Part shown: positions 40,832 through 53,035 of the stretch, piece after piece
Layout: every line of letters starts with the position of its first letter
Numbering within the stretch: position 1 is the stretch's first letter
Assembly: GCF_013004595.1 (NCBI RefSeq)
Contig: NZ_JABEMC010000003.1
Coordinates: forward strand, 124,001 to 188,000
From: Brevibacterium luteolum
GTDB taxonomy: Bacteria > Actinomycetota > Actinomycetes > Actinomycetales > Brevibacteriaceae
Direction: 5' to 3'
Length of the DNA stretch: 64,000 bases
Translations under genes and position numbers: made by a program
Notes under the pieces: generated by a model
Database searches by the model: none
What the model saw: the letters and a program-made list of their open reading frames with translations, nothing else
Told to the model about the DNA's origin: nothing

Positions 40832-41223
40832 ATGTTGTCGTGGCGCAGCTGGCGGTCTTCATTCCCGCGGCTCTGGCCGTGGCGGCCTCGCCCGGTGCCG
40901 ACAACCTGCTCGCGTTTCGCAACGGACTGCGCAGCGGTTTCAACAGGGCGGTGCTCGCACTCGCTGGCCGATTCACGGCGTTCCTGCCACCGTCCGTGGA
41001 CACCAGCTCGAACCTCGCGGCCTCCGGCGTGCAGTTGGCTGTACTCGGCCTGCTGTACATCAGCTGCGAAGCGGCGATGGCCCCGCTCTGGGCAGGATCA
41101 GGAACGCTGCTCGCAGCGCGCGGCATCAAGAAGCGCACGCTGCGCCGATTCGACCAGGCGTCGGGAGGCGCGTTGGCAGCCTTCGGCGGCGGGGTGGGCG
41201 TGTCCGATCTCGCCCGTCGTTGA
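40832..41223 (+). pseudogene. LysE/RhtB translocator pseudogene (frameshift plus internal deletion)
   Basis: SPGADN...NGLRSG N-terminus is fused directly to AFLPPSVD...FDQASGGAL C-terminus, giving about 127 aa versus the usual 200 or so. ATG 40832 is out of frame with the body. Confidence 0.75.
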
Positions 41224-41250
41224 CCCGACAAGAGTGAGGAATCACTGTCG

Positions 41251-41802
41251 ATGAAAGGCCACAGTTGCAGCCATGCGCCGGCGACAGCACTGGCTATCGT
41301 CCGTCTTGGCCCAGCGGATTGGGAGACTCATCGTGCACTTCGGCTGGCGATGCTCAAGGACTCACCCGAGGCGTTCTGGGGCAGCTATGACGACGCCCTG
41401 CAGCTGAGCCCAGAGGACTGGCGAGCGCAGCTCACTGGTGCTCGCATCGTTCTGCACGTCCGCGATTGCGAAAGCGACGAACCGCTCGGATGCCTCGTAC
41501 TGCTGCTTGAGGGGTACACCGAGGACATGCCGCTGGCCGAAGACGAGGCGATTCTCACCAAGATCTGGGTGCGTCCAGCCGCCCGAGGCAGGGGAGTGTC
41601 AGCCGCAATCGTGCGCGAAGCTGCGCGCCTGTCCGAGCAGCTGGGCAGACCGAGACTGCTGCTTGACGTCGATGACAGCAACGCGGCCGCAATCCGCTCC
41701 TACGAGCGCTTGGGCTTCCGTGCTACCGGCAACGGCTATCCGCGCGAAGGGACCGGCACACGCTGGGCTGAATACAGCGCCCATGCCTCGCAGCTGAGCT
41801 GA
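41251..41802 (+). CDS. GNAT family N-acetyltransferase
   Basis: RALRLAMLKDSPEAF, WVRPAARGRGV, NAAAIRSYERLGF. Confidence 0.88.
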   Translation: MKGHSCSHAPATALAIVRLGPADWETHRALRLAMLKDSPEAFWGSYDDALQLSPEDWRAQLTGARIVLHVRDCESDEPLGCLVLLLEGYTEDMPLAEDEAILTKIWVRPAARGRGVSAAIVREAARLSEQLGRPRLLLDVDDSNAAAIRSYERLGFRATGNGYPREGTGTRWAEYSAHASQLS

Positions 41803-41907
41803 CGACTTCTCATCTGCGTGCGTCTGTCGCGATGTGACCGCATTTCAGCCGCGAACTGCACAAAGACACTGCCGTATGTACACTGACGGCATCGATCAAC
41901 GCTGATC

Positions 41908-41993
41908 GATCCTGCGGGAGCCCGGTGAGGGCTGAGAGGGCTTAAGCGCCGACCGCTGAACCTGATGCGGTTGAGACCGCCGGAGGAAAGGAT
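41908..41993 (+). ncRNA. TPP riboswitch
   Basis: GGGAGCCC...GGGCTGAGAG...GACCGCTGAACCTGATGCGGTTGAGACCGCCGGAGG directly upstream of thiO. Confidence 0.92.
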
Positions 41994-42002
41994 GCATGCG
42001 CT

Positions 42003-45542
<3,540 letters not shown>

Positions 45543-45791
45543 GGGCGTCTGACAGGGGAGAATACGGGTTTCTTTCCGACCGCGCCTTGCCCTACGCGCA
45601 TAAGGGAAGCAGCGGAATCGAAAACCGGTTCTCAGACGCCGTCGATTCGAATCTCAGCGTTCTTTGTGCTTTTATCGAATGCGTGCCGAGGTCAAGTTCT
45701 GGCTTCGGCGCCGTTCTGCGCCGAGAACGTCTGATGTGATCGGATGCGCCGGCGCAGACGCCGCCCTCGTCGCCTGCGAAACGGAGAATCT

Positions 45792-47576
45792 GTGCCGCCG
45801 TCTTCTGATACTTCACACCTTGTCCAACTCGGCATCCCCGGCCTCGTGCTGCTACTTCTGCTGTTCTACGGCGGAACCATGTGGATGTCGATGGCGATAT
45901 CGAAGAGGAAGGAGAACGCAGACGATTACATGACCGCCGGCAACCGGATCGGCTTCGGCATCTCCGCAGCTTCGATGACCGCGACCTGGATCTGGGCCTC
46001 GTCGATGTACGCCTCGGTCACCGCCGGATACACCTACGGTGTCTCGGGCCCGATCCACTACGGGCTGTGGGGCGCGCTCATGATCCTGTTCATCTACCCC
46101 TTCGGCCGCCGTATCCGCGCCGTCGCCCCGCGCGCCCACACACTGGCCGAGGTGATGTACGCCCGCCACGGCCGGTCCTCGCAGCTCATGCTCGCCGGAT
46201 CCAACGTTCTCGGCTCGGTCATCTCGCTGACCTCGAATTTCATCGCCGGCGGTGCGATCATCTCGCTTCTGTCACCCATCAGCTTCGGCGGCGGCATCAT
46301 CATCGTCGCCGCAGGCGTGCTGCTGTACACCCTGTGGTCGGGTTTCCGCGCTTCGGTGCTGACCGATTTCGCCCAGGTGTGCGCAATGCTCGGCGCGACC
46401 GTCATCATCATTCCGATCGTGTTCTTCGCCGCCGGCGGACCGGACATGTTCGAAGCCGGCCGTGCGGCCGGCAACGTCACCGCCGCCCAGGAGAGCTTCT
46501 TCTCCTCTGAGGCGTTCATGAACCAGGGCGCGCCCTACATCGCTGCCGTCCTCGCCTACGCGATCGGCAACCAGACGATCGCCCAGCGGTTGTTCGCCGT
46601 GCGCGAGGACCTCATCAAGCCGACCTTCGTCACCGCCACCATCGGCTACGGCGCCTCGGTCATCGGCATCGGCATGATCGGCGTCATGGCCCTCTACCTC
46701 GGTGTGCAGCCGCTCGATGGAGACGTCAACAACCTGCTCCCGCAGATGGCCGCCACCTACCTGCCGGCCATCCTCGTCGCCGTCGCGTTCATCATGATCA
46801 TCGGCTCACTGTCCTCGACAGCCGACTCCGATCTGTCGGCGCTCAGCTCGATCGTCATGACCGACATCTACGGCCAATCCGTCGGCCGCCGCAACGCTGA
46901 CCCACGCACCATGCTGCTCATCGGCCGGGTGACGATGATCGTCGCCACCGGTGCCGCGCTGTACTTCGCGACAGCCCGGTTCAACATCCTCGACCTGCTC
47001 GTCTTCGTCGGTGCGCTGTGGGGCTGCCTCGTCTTCCCCGTCATCGCCTCGTTCTACTGGAAGAAGGTCACCAACCGCGCCTTCACCGTCTCCGTGCTCG
47101 CGGCACTGGCAGTCTTCATCCCCGTGCGCTTCGAACTCATCCCGGTCACCGGTGCGTGGGCGATCATCGTCGAGGCGCTGGCGATCATCGGCGTCGGAGT
47201 GGTGCTCGGCATCATGGCCTTCGGGTTCTTCGGACTCCGCCCGGCGATCATCGTCGGTGCTCTCGCCACTGTCGCCACGGGTTTCGTCGGCTTCGGGTTC
47301 CTGCGCGACTACACGGTGCTCTCGGCATCCCTGGTCGCCTACGCAGTGTCCTTCCTCGTGTGCTGGTCGATGTCCGTGCGCTCGAACCAGGACTTCGACT
47401 TCGGCATCATCCAGCGCGTCACCGGTGACTTCGACCCCAGCGACGAGACCGAGGACGCTGATCTCGACGCCGAGCTGCGCGAACTCCAGGACGAGGACGA
47501 GAAGGCAGCCGATGACGGCCCGTTCGAGACCTCCAGCCACCGCACCACCCGCAACGACTCCGATCAGAGGAAGTGA
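45792..47576 (+). CDS. Sodium:solute symporter (SSS) family, DUR3-like
   Basis: SMTATWIWASS, SGFRASVLTDFAQ, QRLFA, SLSSTADSDL; many TMs. GGAG RBS before GTG 45792. Confidence 0.88.
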   Translation: MPPSSDTSHLVQLGIPGLVLLLLLFYGGTMWMSMAISKRKENADDYMTAGNRIGFGISAASMTATWIWASSMYASVTAGYTYGVSGPIHYGLWGALMILFIYPFGRRIRAVAPRAHTLAEVMYARHGRSSQLMLAGSNVLGSVISLTSNFIAGGAIISLLSPISFGGGIIIVAAGVLLYTLWSGFRASVLTDFAQVCAMLGATVIIIPIVFFAAGGPDMFEAGRAAGNVTAAQESFFSSEAFMNQGAPYIAAVLAYAIGNQTIAQRLFAVREDLIKPTFVTATIGYGASVIGIGMIGVMALYLGVQPLDGDVNNLLPQMAATYLPAILVAVAFIMIIGSLSSTADSDLSALSSIVMTDIYGQSVGRRNADPRTMLLIGRVTMIVATGAALYFATARFNILDLLVFVGALWGCLVFPVIASFYWKKVTNRAFTVSVLAALAVFIPVRFELIPVTGAWAIIVEALAIIGVGVVLGIMAFGFFGLRPAIIVGALATVATGFVGFGFLRDYTVLSASLVAYAVSFLVCWSMSVRSNQDFDFGIIQRVTGDFDPSDETEDADLDAELRELQDEDEKAADDGPFETSSHRTTRNDSDQRK

Positions 47577-47582
47577 TCACAG

Positions 47583-47714
47583 ATGTCCATTTCGATCCTG
47601 ACCCTGTACGTGCTCATGTGGCCGGTCATCGTCGCCGGAGTGCTGTTCTTCATCGTCAAGGGATTCATCTCCGACATCCGTTCTGCACGTAAGCACGACG
47701 ACATGGTCATCTGA
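47583..47714 (+). CDS. Putative transporter small subunit (43 aa, one TM), not in the ORF track
   Basis: MSISILTLYVLMWPVIVAGVLFFIVKGFISDIRSARKHDDMVI; GAGGA RBS; starts 6 nt after the SSS stop. Confidence 0.82.
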   Translation: MSISILTLYVLMWPVIVAGVLFFIVKGFISDIRSARKHDDMVI

Positions 47715-47728
47715 CCAAGGCTCACTTT

Positions 47729-47768
47729 TAGCGGGCGGCAGGCAGCCAGAGCTGCCTGCCGCCCGCTA
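47729..47768. terminator. 18-bp perfect hairpin between convergent small subunit and panC
   Basis: TAGCGGGCGGCAGGCAGC-caga-GCTGCCTGCCGCCCGCTA. Confidence 0.75.
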
Positions 47769-47798
47769 TTCAGTGTGCTGAAGAAGCGCCTGAGGGAC

Positions 47799-48701
47799 TC
47801 AGTCCACGGGACGATTGACACCGAGCAGAGTTCCGGGCTCGAGCATGAGATTGTCGATCAGCCGCACACTGCCGACATAGGCGGCAATGAGTGCCAGCGC
47901 CGGAAGTTCCGTCGTGGCCTCCAATGTCGCCGGGTCGACGACTTCGAGATAGTCGAGCGTGACATCCGGGGTGCTGTGGACCTGCTGGCGCAGCCCGTCG
48001 AGATCCCAGTCGCGGCCGGCCTGCGCGCGCTCCTGCAGCGCAAACAGCGCCTTCGACAGGGCCAGTGCCGACTCCTCCTGCTCGGAGCTGAGCAGCAGGT
48101 TCCGACTCGACATCGCCAGACCCGCCTCGGTCCGCTGAGTCGGGACCGGCTCGATGGCGACCGGGAAGTTCATATCGGCGACCATCCGTTTGACGATCAT
48201 CACCTGCTGGGCGTCCTTCTCCCCGAAGTACGCGTGCAGCCGCGCAGGACCCGGCGGATCGAAGATGTTGAACAGCTTCGCCACGACGGTCGCCACCCCG
48301 TCGAAGTGACTTGGCCGTGACGCACCTTCCAAAGTGGTGCCCATCCGGCCGGAAGTCACCCGGATCATCGGAGCATCCGGATAACCGGGATACATCTCCT
48401 CAACCGTGGGCGCGAATACGATGTCAACCCCGTTGTCCTGCATCGTCTGGCAGTCCCCGTCGAGATCCCGCGGATAGCGCTCAAGATCCAGCGGCGACTC
48501 GAACTGCAGCGGGTTGACGAACAGCGAGGCAACGACCACCTCGTGAACGGCACTGGCCGCCCGCATGAGAGCGGCGTGCCCGCCGTGCAGGGCGCCCATC
48601 GTGGGGATGAGTCCGACCGAGGCAGCGTCACGGTCGCGGATGAGTTCGGCCATCTCCGAACGCAGCTCGGCAACGGTGCGGGTGATGATGAGCTCAGACA
48701 T
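47799..48701 (-). CDS. panC: Pantoate--beta-alanine ligase
   Basis: PTMGALHGGH, FVNPLQF, HFDGVATVV, FGEKDAQQ, AMSSRN, RLIDN. Confidence 0.96.
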   Translation of the reverse strand: MSELIITRTVAELRSEMAELIRDRDAASVGLIPTMGALHGGHAALMRAASAVHEVVVASLFVNPLQFESPLDLERYPRDLDGDCQTMQDNGVDIVFAPTVEEMYPGYPDAPMIRVTSGRMGTTLEGASRPSHFDGVATVVAKLFNIFDPPGPARLHAYFGEKDAQQVMIVKRMVADMNFPVAIEPVPTQRTEAGLAMSSRNLLLSSEQEESALALSKALFALQERAQAGRDWDLDGLRQQVHSTPDVTLDYLEVVDPATLEATTELPALALIAAYVGSVRLIDNLMLEPGTLLGVNRPVD

Positions 48702-48804
48702 GTCACGTCCCAGGGTCGGTCGGGGAGGTCGGCTCAAGCCTATCGTCTGCCAGCACTCCAAACAGGATCGCGTCGCGCGCCTCGGGTCGTGTAGCTGAAT
48801 GCAG

Positions 48805-48852
48805 CTGTCCGCAGCCGCAGGCCCAGGGGATAGGGCCCGCGGTTGCGGACAG
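48805..48852 (-). terminator. Hairpin downstream of the aztD-like gene
   Basis: CTGTCCGCAGCCGC...GCGGTTGCGGACAG stem. Confidence 0.55.
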
Positions 48853-48873
48853 GCAGCGCTGAACGCTCAGCGC

Positions 48874-50238
48874 TCAGTGGTTGTGACCGTCATCCTCATG
48901 ATCATGGTCGTGGTCATGATCGTGGTCGTGGCCGTCCTCATGACCATGGTCGTGATCGTGTTCCTCAGCACCAGCCGGAACCTCGCCGGAAGCGGTGGCG
49001 ATCTCACCGGGAACCTCAGGCAGGTCGATGCTGCCGGTGACCGTGCCATCAGCAAGGTCGACGATGTGCAGCTTCTTGGCCTCAGGCTCGGTGACGTACA
49101 CGTTCTCACCGGAGACATGGACGGTCGGCTGCGGCTGCTGCCAGTCCTTCGGCTCCTCCCATTCACCGGTCACCGGGATCTCCTTGTCGATCTTCCCGGA
49201 CTCCGGATCGATGACGCGCAGAGTTCCGTCGGTGCCGTGGACGAGCGCCTCGCCCTCGGCACCGCGGCCGAGGGAGCGGAACGAGTAGGCCGCCGGCAGG
49301 TCGACGAGTTTCAGCTTCCCGCTCGTCGTGTCGGTCAGGGTCACCCGCGTGGGACGCTCGACCTCGGCCTCGGGATCGGTCTTGTAGTCACCGAGCACCA
49401 CAGGGGAGTCCTCGTGTCCGCGCTGGTTGCCGATCCGGCCGTGCTCATCAGGGGAGTCGACCTTGGAGATCTCATCGCCCTTGATGATGAGCAGGCCGTT
49501 CTCACAGCCGACGGTGATGACACCGTCCTTGACGGCAGCCTCACCGTGCACGCCCGGGCAGTCGCTGTTCTCAGCGATCTCCTTGCCCTCGCCATCGCGG
49601 ATGACGACACCGGTACGGGTGTCCTCATTGCCGACGGTGTGGATCATGGAACCGTCGGCGCGCACGACAGCGACACCGTGATGGGCTTCCTTGGCTTGGG
49701 TCTTCTCCGTCTTGATCGGCGCATCAGCGGAGAGTTCGGCGGGATCGAAAGAGTGAATCTCACCGGTGCCGTCGAAGAACGCGACCGAGGTGCCGTCGTG
49801 GTTGACGAGGTGGCCCGGGTGGCTGCCCTCGATCCGCTGGTCGGTCAGCAGCGGGTCGGTGGTGTAGGAGTGCGAATGATCGCCGTGCGGTTCGGACCAC
49901 GTGCCCATGTCGAGCAGCCGGAAGGAGTCGCCTTCGGTGAGGAACAGATGCCGGTTGTCGCCGGCGGAGTTGAGGCGGGTGAAGCCTTCGGCCTCGAAGG
50001 TGCCGAGCACCTTCTGGGAATCACCGTCGAGGACCATGACGCCGCCGTCATAGGTCAGGGCGATGCGCTCAGCCGGGCCGGCGGTCTCTGCCGTCTGCCG
50101 CTCAGTGGGCTCGGGGGACTGGCCGGCATCGTTCGAGGTGGAGTTCCCGCAGCCGGCGAGCACTGCCAGTGACAGCGCCGCAGCCGAGGCGGTGAGGAGG
50201 GATGGGATGCGTGATGCGTGGAGAGTCATGCCGGTCAT
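48874..50238 (-). CDS. aztD: AztD-like zinc metallochaperone lipoprotein (beta-propeller) with His-Asp tail
   Basis: Lipobox LAGC, HGDHSH, PGHLVNH, AHHGVA, CPGVHGEA, GCENG, C-terminal HDHD repeats. Confidence 0.82.
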   Translation of the reverse strand: MTGMTLHASRIPSLLTASAAALSLAVLAGCGNSTSNDAGQSPEPTERQTAETAGPAERIALTYDGGVMVLDGDSQKVLGTFEAEGFTRLNSAGDNRHLFLTEGDSFRLLDMGTWSEPHGDHSHSYTTDPLLTDQRIEGSHPGHLVNHDGTSVAFFDGTGEIHSFDPAELSADAPIKTEKTQAKEAHHGVAVVRADGSMIHTVGNEDTRTGVVIRDGEGKEIAENSDCPGVHGEAAVKDGVITVGCENGLLIIKGDEISKVDSPDEHGRIGNQRGHEDSPVVLGDYKTDPEAEVERPTRVTLTDTTSGKLKLVDLPAAYSFRSLGRGAEGEALVHGTDGTLRVIDPESGKIDKEIPVTGEWEEPKDWQQPQPTVHVSGENVYVTEPEAKKLHIVDLADGTVTGSIDLPEVPGEIATASGEVPAGAEEHDHDHGHEDGHDHDHDHDHDHEDDGHNH

Positions 50239-50383
50239 GGTGGCAGGGCGCGGGGGATATTGTCATAGCTTCATGTGCGCATCAGCGCCCGGGATCAGCG
50301 CTTACGATGAGAGCAGATCTGACCGCCGCCGGCCCGTGGGCTGCCGAGAGGGACCGGCATCGACGAGAACGGATGCATACAGC

Positions 50384-51019
50384 ATGTGGGGTTCCTATCC
50401 CGAGTGGATCTCAGCGATCACCGCCATCGGTGCGCTCATCTTTGCCGCAACGGCATGGATCCGGGCGAAGAAGATGCTGCAGCTGGAGCAGCGCCGCGAG
50501 GGCAAGGCACTCGACCGCGAACGCGAGCGCCAGGCGCGGTGCATCGCCGCCTGGGTGGTGGGAGTGCGCTGGCTGCCCGAGGTGAAGGAACGGGTCATGG
50601 AGAGGGACCGGAAGTATCGCGACGATGAGGAGGGCGAGCCATCCGGGGTCGGGGTGATGATCGCGAACTCCTCCGATGCCCCTGTCTATGACGTCCGTGT
50701 CGAGTTCGGCAACCCGACGGACACGGATGTCGCTGCTGTCCGAGCCGAGGTGCCGACACTGCCGCCGGGACAGTGGATCAAGGTCCTGCGAGAGCATGCA
50801 CGGCAGCGGATCCTCACGAGCGCAGCCGAGGAGCTCGACGCTCTGGACCATCAGCGCTCATGGGTGTTCCTGCAGGGGGAGCACTCGTTTGAGAGCACGA
50901 CCCCGCTGGCAGACGCGCGCAAGTACGGGGTCGTCGGAATCGAGTTCACCGACTCGCGCGAGAACCGCTGGCGACGCGATGTCCGCGGCCGGCTCACGCT
51001 CACCGAACCGCGGCAGTGA
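50384..51019 (+). CDS. Hypothetical protein with N-terminal TM helix and coiled segment
   Basis: MWGSYPEWISAITAIGALIFAA..., ERERQARCIAAW, NSSDAPVYDV, IEFTDSRENRWRR. Confidence 0.7.
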   Translation: MWGSYPEWISAITAIGALIFAATAWIRAKKMLQLEQRREGKALDRERERQARCIAAWVVGVRWLPEVKERVMERDRKYRDDEEGEPSGVGVMIANSSDAPVYDVRVEFGNPTDTDVAAVRAEVPTLPPGQWIKVLREHARQRILTSAAEELDALDHQRSWVFLQGEHSFESTTPLADARKYGVVGIEFTDSRENRWRRDVRGRLTLTEPRQ

Positions 51020-51041
51020 CGGGCAGATGGGAGAGGCCGCT

Positions 51042-51671
51042 GTGAGCGCCAAGGTCGACTTCAAGAAGACGATGGAGCGCTACCGCGCACGCTCCGGCCG
51101 ATTCGACCGGCTCGACGTGCCGGCGACGACCTATCTCATGCTCGACGGTGCCGGCGACCCGAACACGTCAGCGGCTTTCACTGCGGCCATCGAGGTCCTC
51201 TACCCGGTGGCCTACACACTGAAGTTCCATTCGAGGGACACGTATGGCCGCGACTATGTCGTCCCACCGCTGGAGGGTCGCTGGTGGGCTGAGGACATGA
51301 CAGCCTTCACCACCGCCCGGGACGAGACGCAGTGGCAGTGGACGCTCATGCTCATGGTTCCCGACTGGCTCACCGCAGACGATATCGATGCTGCGATCAC
51401 TGCGGTACGCCGGAAAGCAGAGAAGAAGGGCCGAGCGCTCCCGCTCATCGGCAGTCTGCGCGCAGGCGAGTTTGCGGAGGGCACATGCTTTCAGACCCTG
51501 CACATCGGCAGCTTCGATGACGAAGCCGGCGTGCTGGCCGAACTGCACGAGACGGTGATTCCCGCCGCTGGCATGCAGCCCAGCGGCCGGCATCACGAGA
51601 TCTACCTGTCCGACTTCCGGCGCACCGCACCTGAGCGGCGCCGGACCATCCTGCGTCAGCCCGTGCGCTGA
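51042..51671 (+). CDS. GyrI-like small-molecule-binding domain protein
   Basis: KVDFKK, GAGDPN, YVVPPLEGRWW, HIGSFDDE, HHEIYLSD, TILRQP. Confidence 0.88.
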   Translation: MSAKVDFKKTMERYRARSGRFDRLDVPATTYLMLDGAGDPNTSAAFTAAIEVLYPVAYTLKFHSRDTYGRDYVVPPLEGRWWAEDMTAFTTARDETQWQWTLMLMVPDWLTADDIDAAITAVRRKAEKKGRALPLIGSLRAGEFAEGTCFQTLHIGSFDDEAGVLAELHETVIPAAGMQPSGRHHEIYLSDFRRTAPERRRTILRQPVR

Positions 51672-51721
51672 CGCCGGCGTCGTTCGCCTGGAGTTCACCT
51701 GCCTGACGTTGAATAGCGGGC

Positions 51722-52972
51722 ATGCCAGCTTCCGCCTCATCGCCTGACCGCCAGCCCACCTCCGAGCCTGCACACCGGGGTTCCGTGACCGAGGTGTTCT
51801 GGGTCTTCCTGCGGTTGGGGCTCACCTCCTTCGGCGGTCCGGTCGCCCACCTCGGGTACTTCCGTGAGGCCTTCGTCGAGCGCCGCCGCTGGCTCAGCGA
51901 CCGCGCTTATGCCGATCTCGTCGCGCTGTGCCAGTTCCTGCCGGGCCCGGCCTCCAGCCAGGTCGGCATGGCGCTGGGCCTCAAGCGCGCCGGCTTCGCC
52001 GGCATGCTCGCCGCCTGGATCGCCTTCACCCTGCCCTCTGCCCTCGTGCTGGCGGCCTTCGGGTTCGGCATCCATGCACTCGGCGACCTCGGAGATGCCG
52101 GCTGGCTCACCGGCCTGAAGGTCGCAGCCGTGGCCGTCGTCGCGCATGCGGTGCTCGGCATGGCGCGCTCGCTGGTTCCCGACGCACCGCGGGCGAGCCT
52201 CGCGGTCGCCGCCCTGGCCATCGCCCTGCTCGTGCCCACCGCATGGGCGCAGGTCGCTGCGATCGTCCTCGCCGGCATCGCCGGGCTCATCTGGCTGCGT
52301 CCGGCCGACCCCGAGGCGGCAGACGCCTCAGGCGGGCAGGGGCACCCGTTCCGGGTGCGTGTGCCGATGCCGGTGGCCGCCGGCAGCCTCATCCTCTTCG
52401 CCGTCCTGCTCATCGGGCTGCCGGCCATCGCGCGGCTCACCGGCAGCGATGCGCTGCAGCTGGCAGATGTGTTCTACCGCTCCGGCGCGCTCGTGTTCGG
52501 CGGCGGGCATGTCGTGCTGCCGCTGCTGCAGGCCGAACTCGTGCCCGCCGGGATTGTGTCAGGCGATGCCTTCCTCGCAGGCTACGGAGCCGCCCAGGCG
52601 GTGCCCGGCCCGCTGTTCACCTTCGCCGCCTACCTCGGCACGGTGAGCACCACCTCGGCGACGGGAGCGGTGGGCGCGGCGATCGCGCTGGGCGCGGTCT
52701 TCCTGCCGGCAGCGCTGCTCGTCATCGGCACGCTGCCGCTGTGGCAGGCGCTTGCCGGGCACCGGCTGGCCCGCCGCGTGCTCTCCGGGGTCAACGCAGG
52801 TGTCGTCGGCATCCTCGCAGCAGCCCTTTATCACCCGGTCTTCACCACCGCGATCACCTCACCGCTGACGCTCGTCCTCGGCGCGGCAGCATTCGTCGCC
52901 CTCAGTGCCTGGAGAGCCCCGGCCTGGGTAGTTGTCATCGCTGCGGGCCTTGCCGGGGTCGTCCTGCTGTAG
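51722..52972 (+). CDS. chrA: Chromate efflux transporter (CHR family, long chain)
   Basis: LGLTSFGGPVAH, CQFLPGPASSQ, VFGGGHVVLP, AQAVPGP. Confidence 0.93.
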   Translation: MPASASSPDRQPTSEPAHRGSVTEVFWVFLRLGLTSFGGPVAHLGYFREAFVERRRWLSDRAYADLVALCQFLPGPASSQVGMALGLKRAGFAGMLAAWIAFTLPSALVLAAFGFGIHALGDLGDAGWLTGLKVAAVAVVAHAVLGMARSLVPDAPRASLAVAALAIALLVPTAWAQVAAIVLAGIAGLIWLRPADPEAADASGGQGHPFRVRVPMPVAAGSLILFAVLLIGLPAIARLTGSDALQLADVFYRSGALVFGGGHVVLPLLQAELVPAGIVSGDAFLAGYGAAQAVPGPLFTFAAYLGTVSTTSATGAVGAAIALGAVFLPAALLVIGTLPLWQALAGHRLARRVLSGVNAGVVGILAAALYHPVFTTAITSPLTLVLGAAAFVALSAWRAPAWVVVIAAGLAGVVLL

Positions 52973-53035
52973 GGGCTCAGCGCTCATCAGACCGGCGGCG
53001 ACCCGGCAGCCAGGTGCGGTACCGACTGAAGGGCC

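Noticed and set aside
45792..47576. Calling the SSS transporter panF because it is next to panC
   Set aside because: The genes are convergent and the motifs look DUR3-like; adjacency alone is not evidence.
50239..50300. Zur box upstream of the aztD-like gene
   Set aside because: Only a half-site-like ATGACAAT is present; no convincing palindrome.
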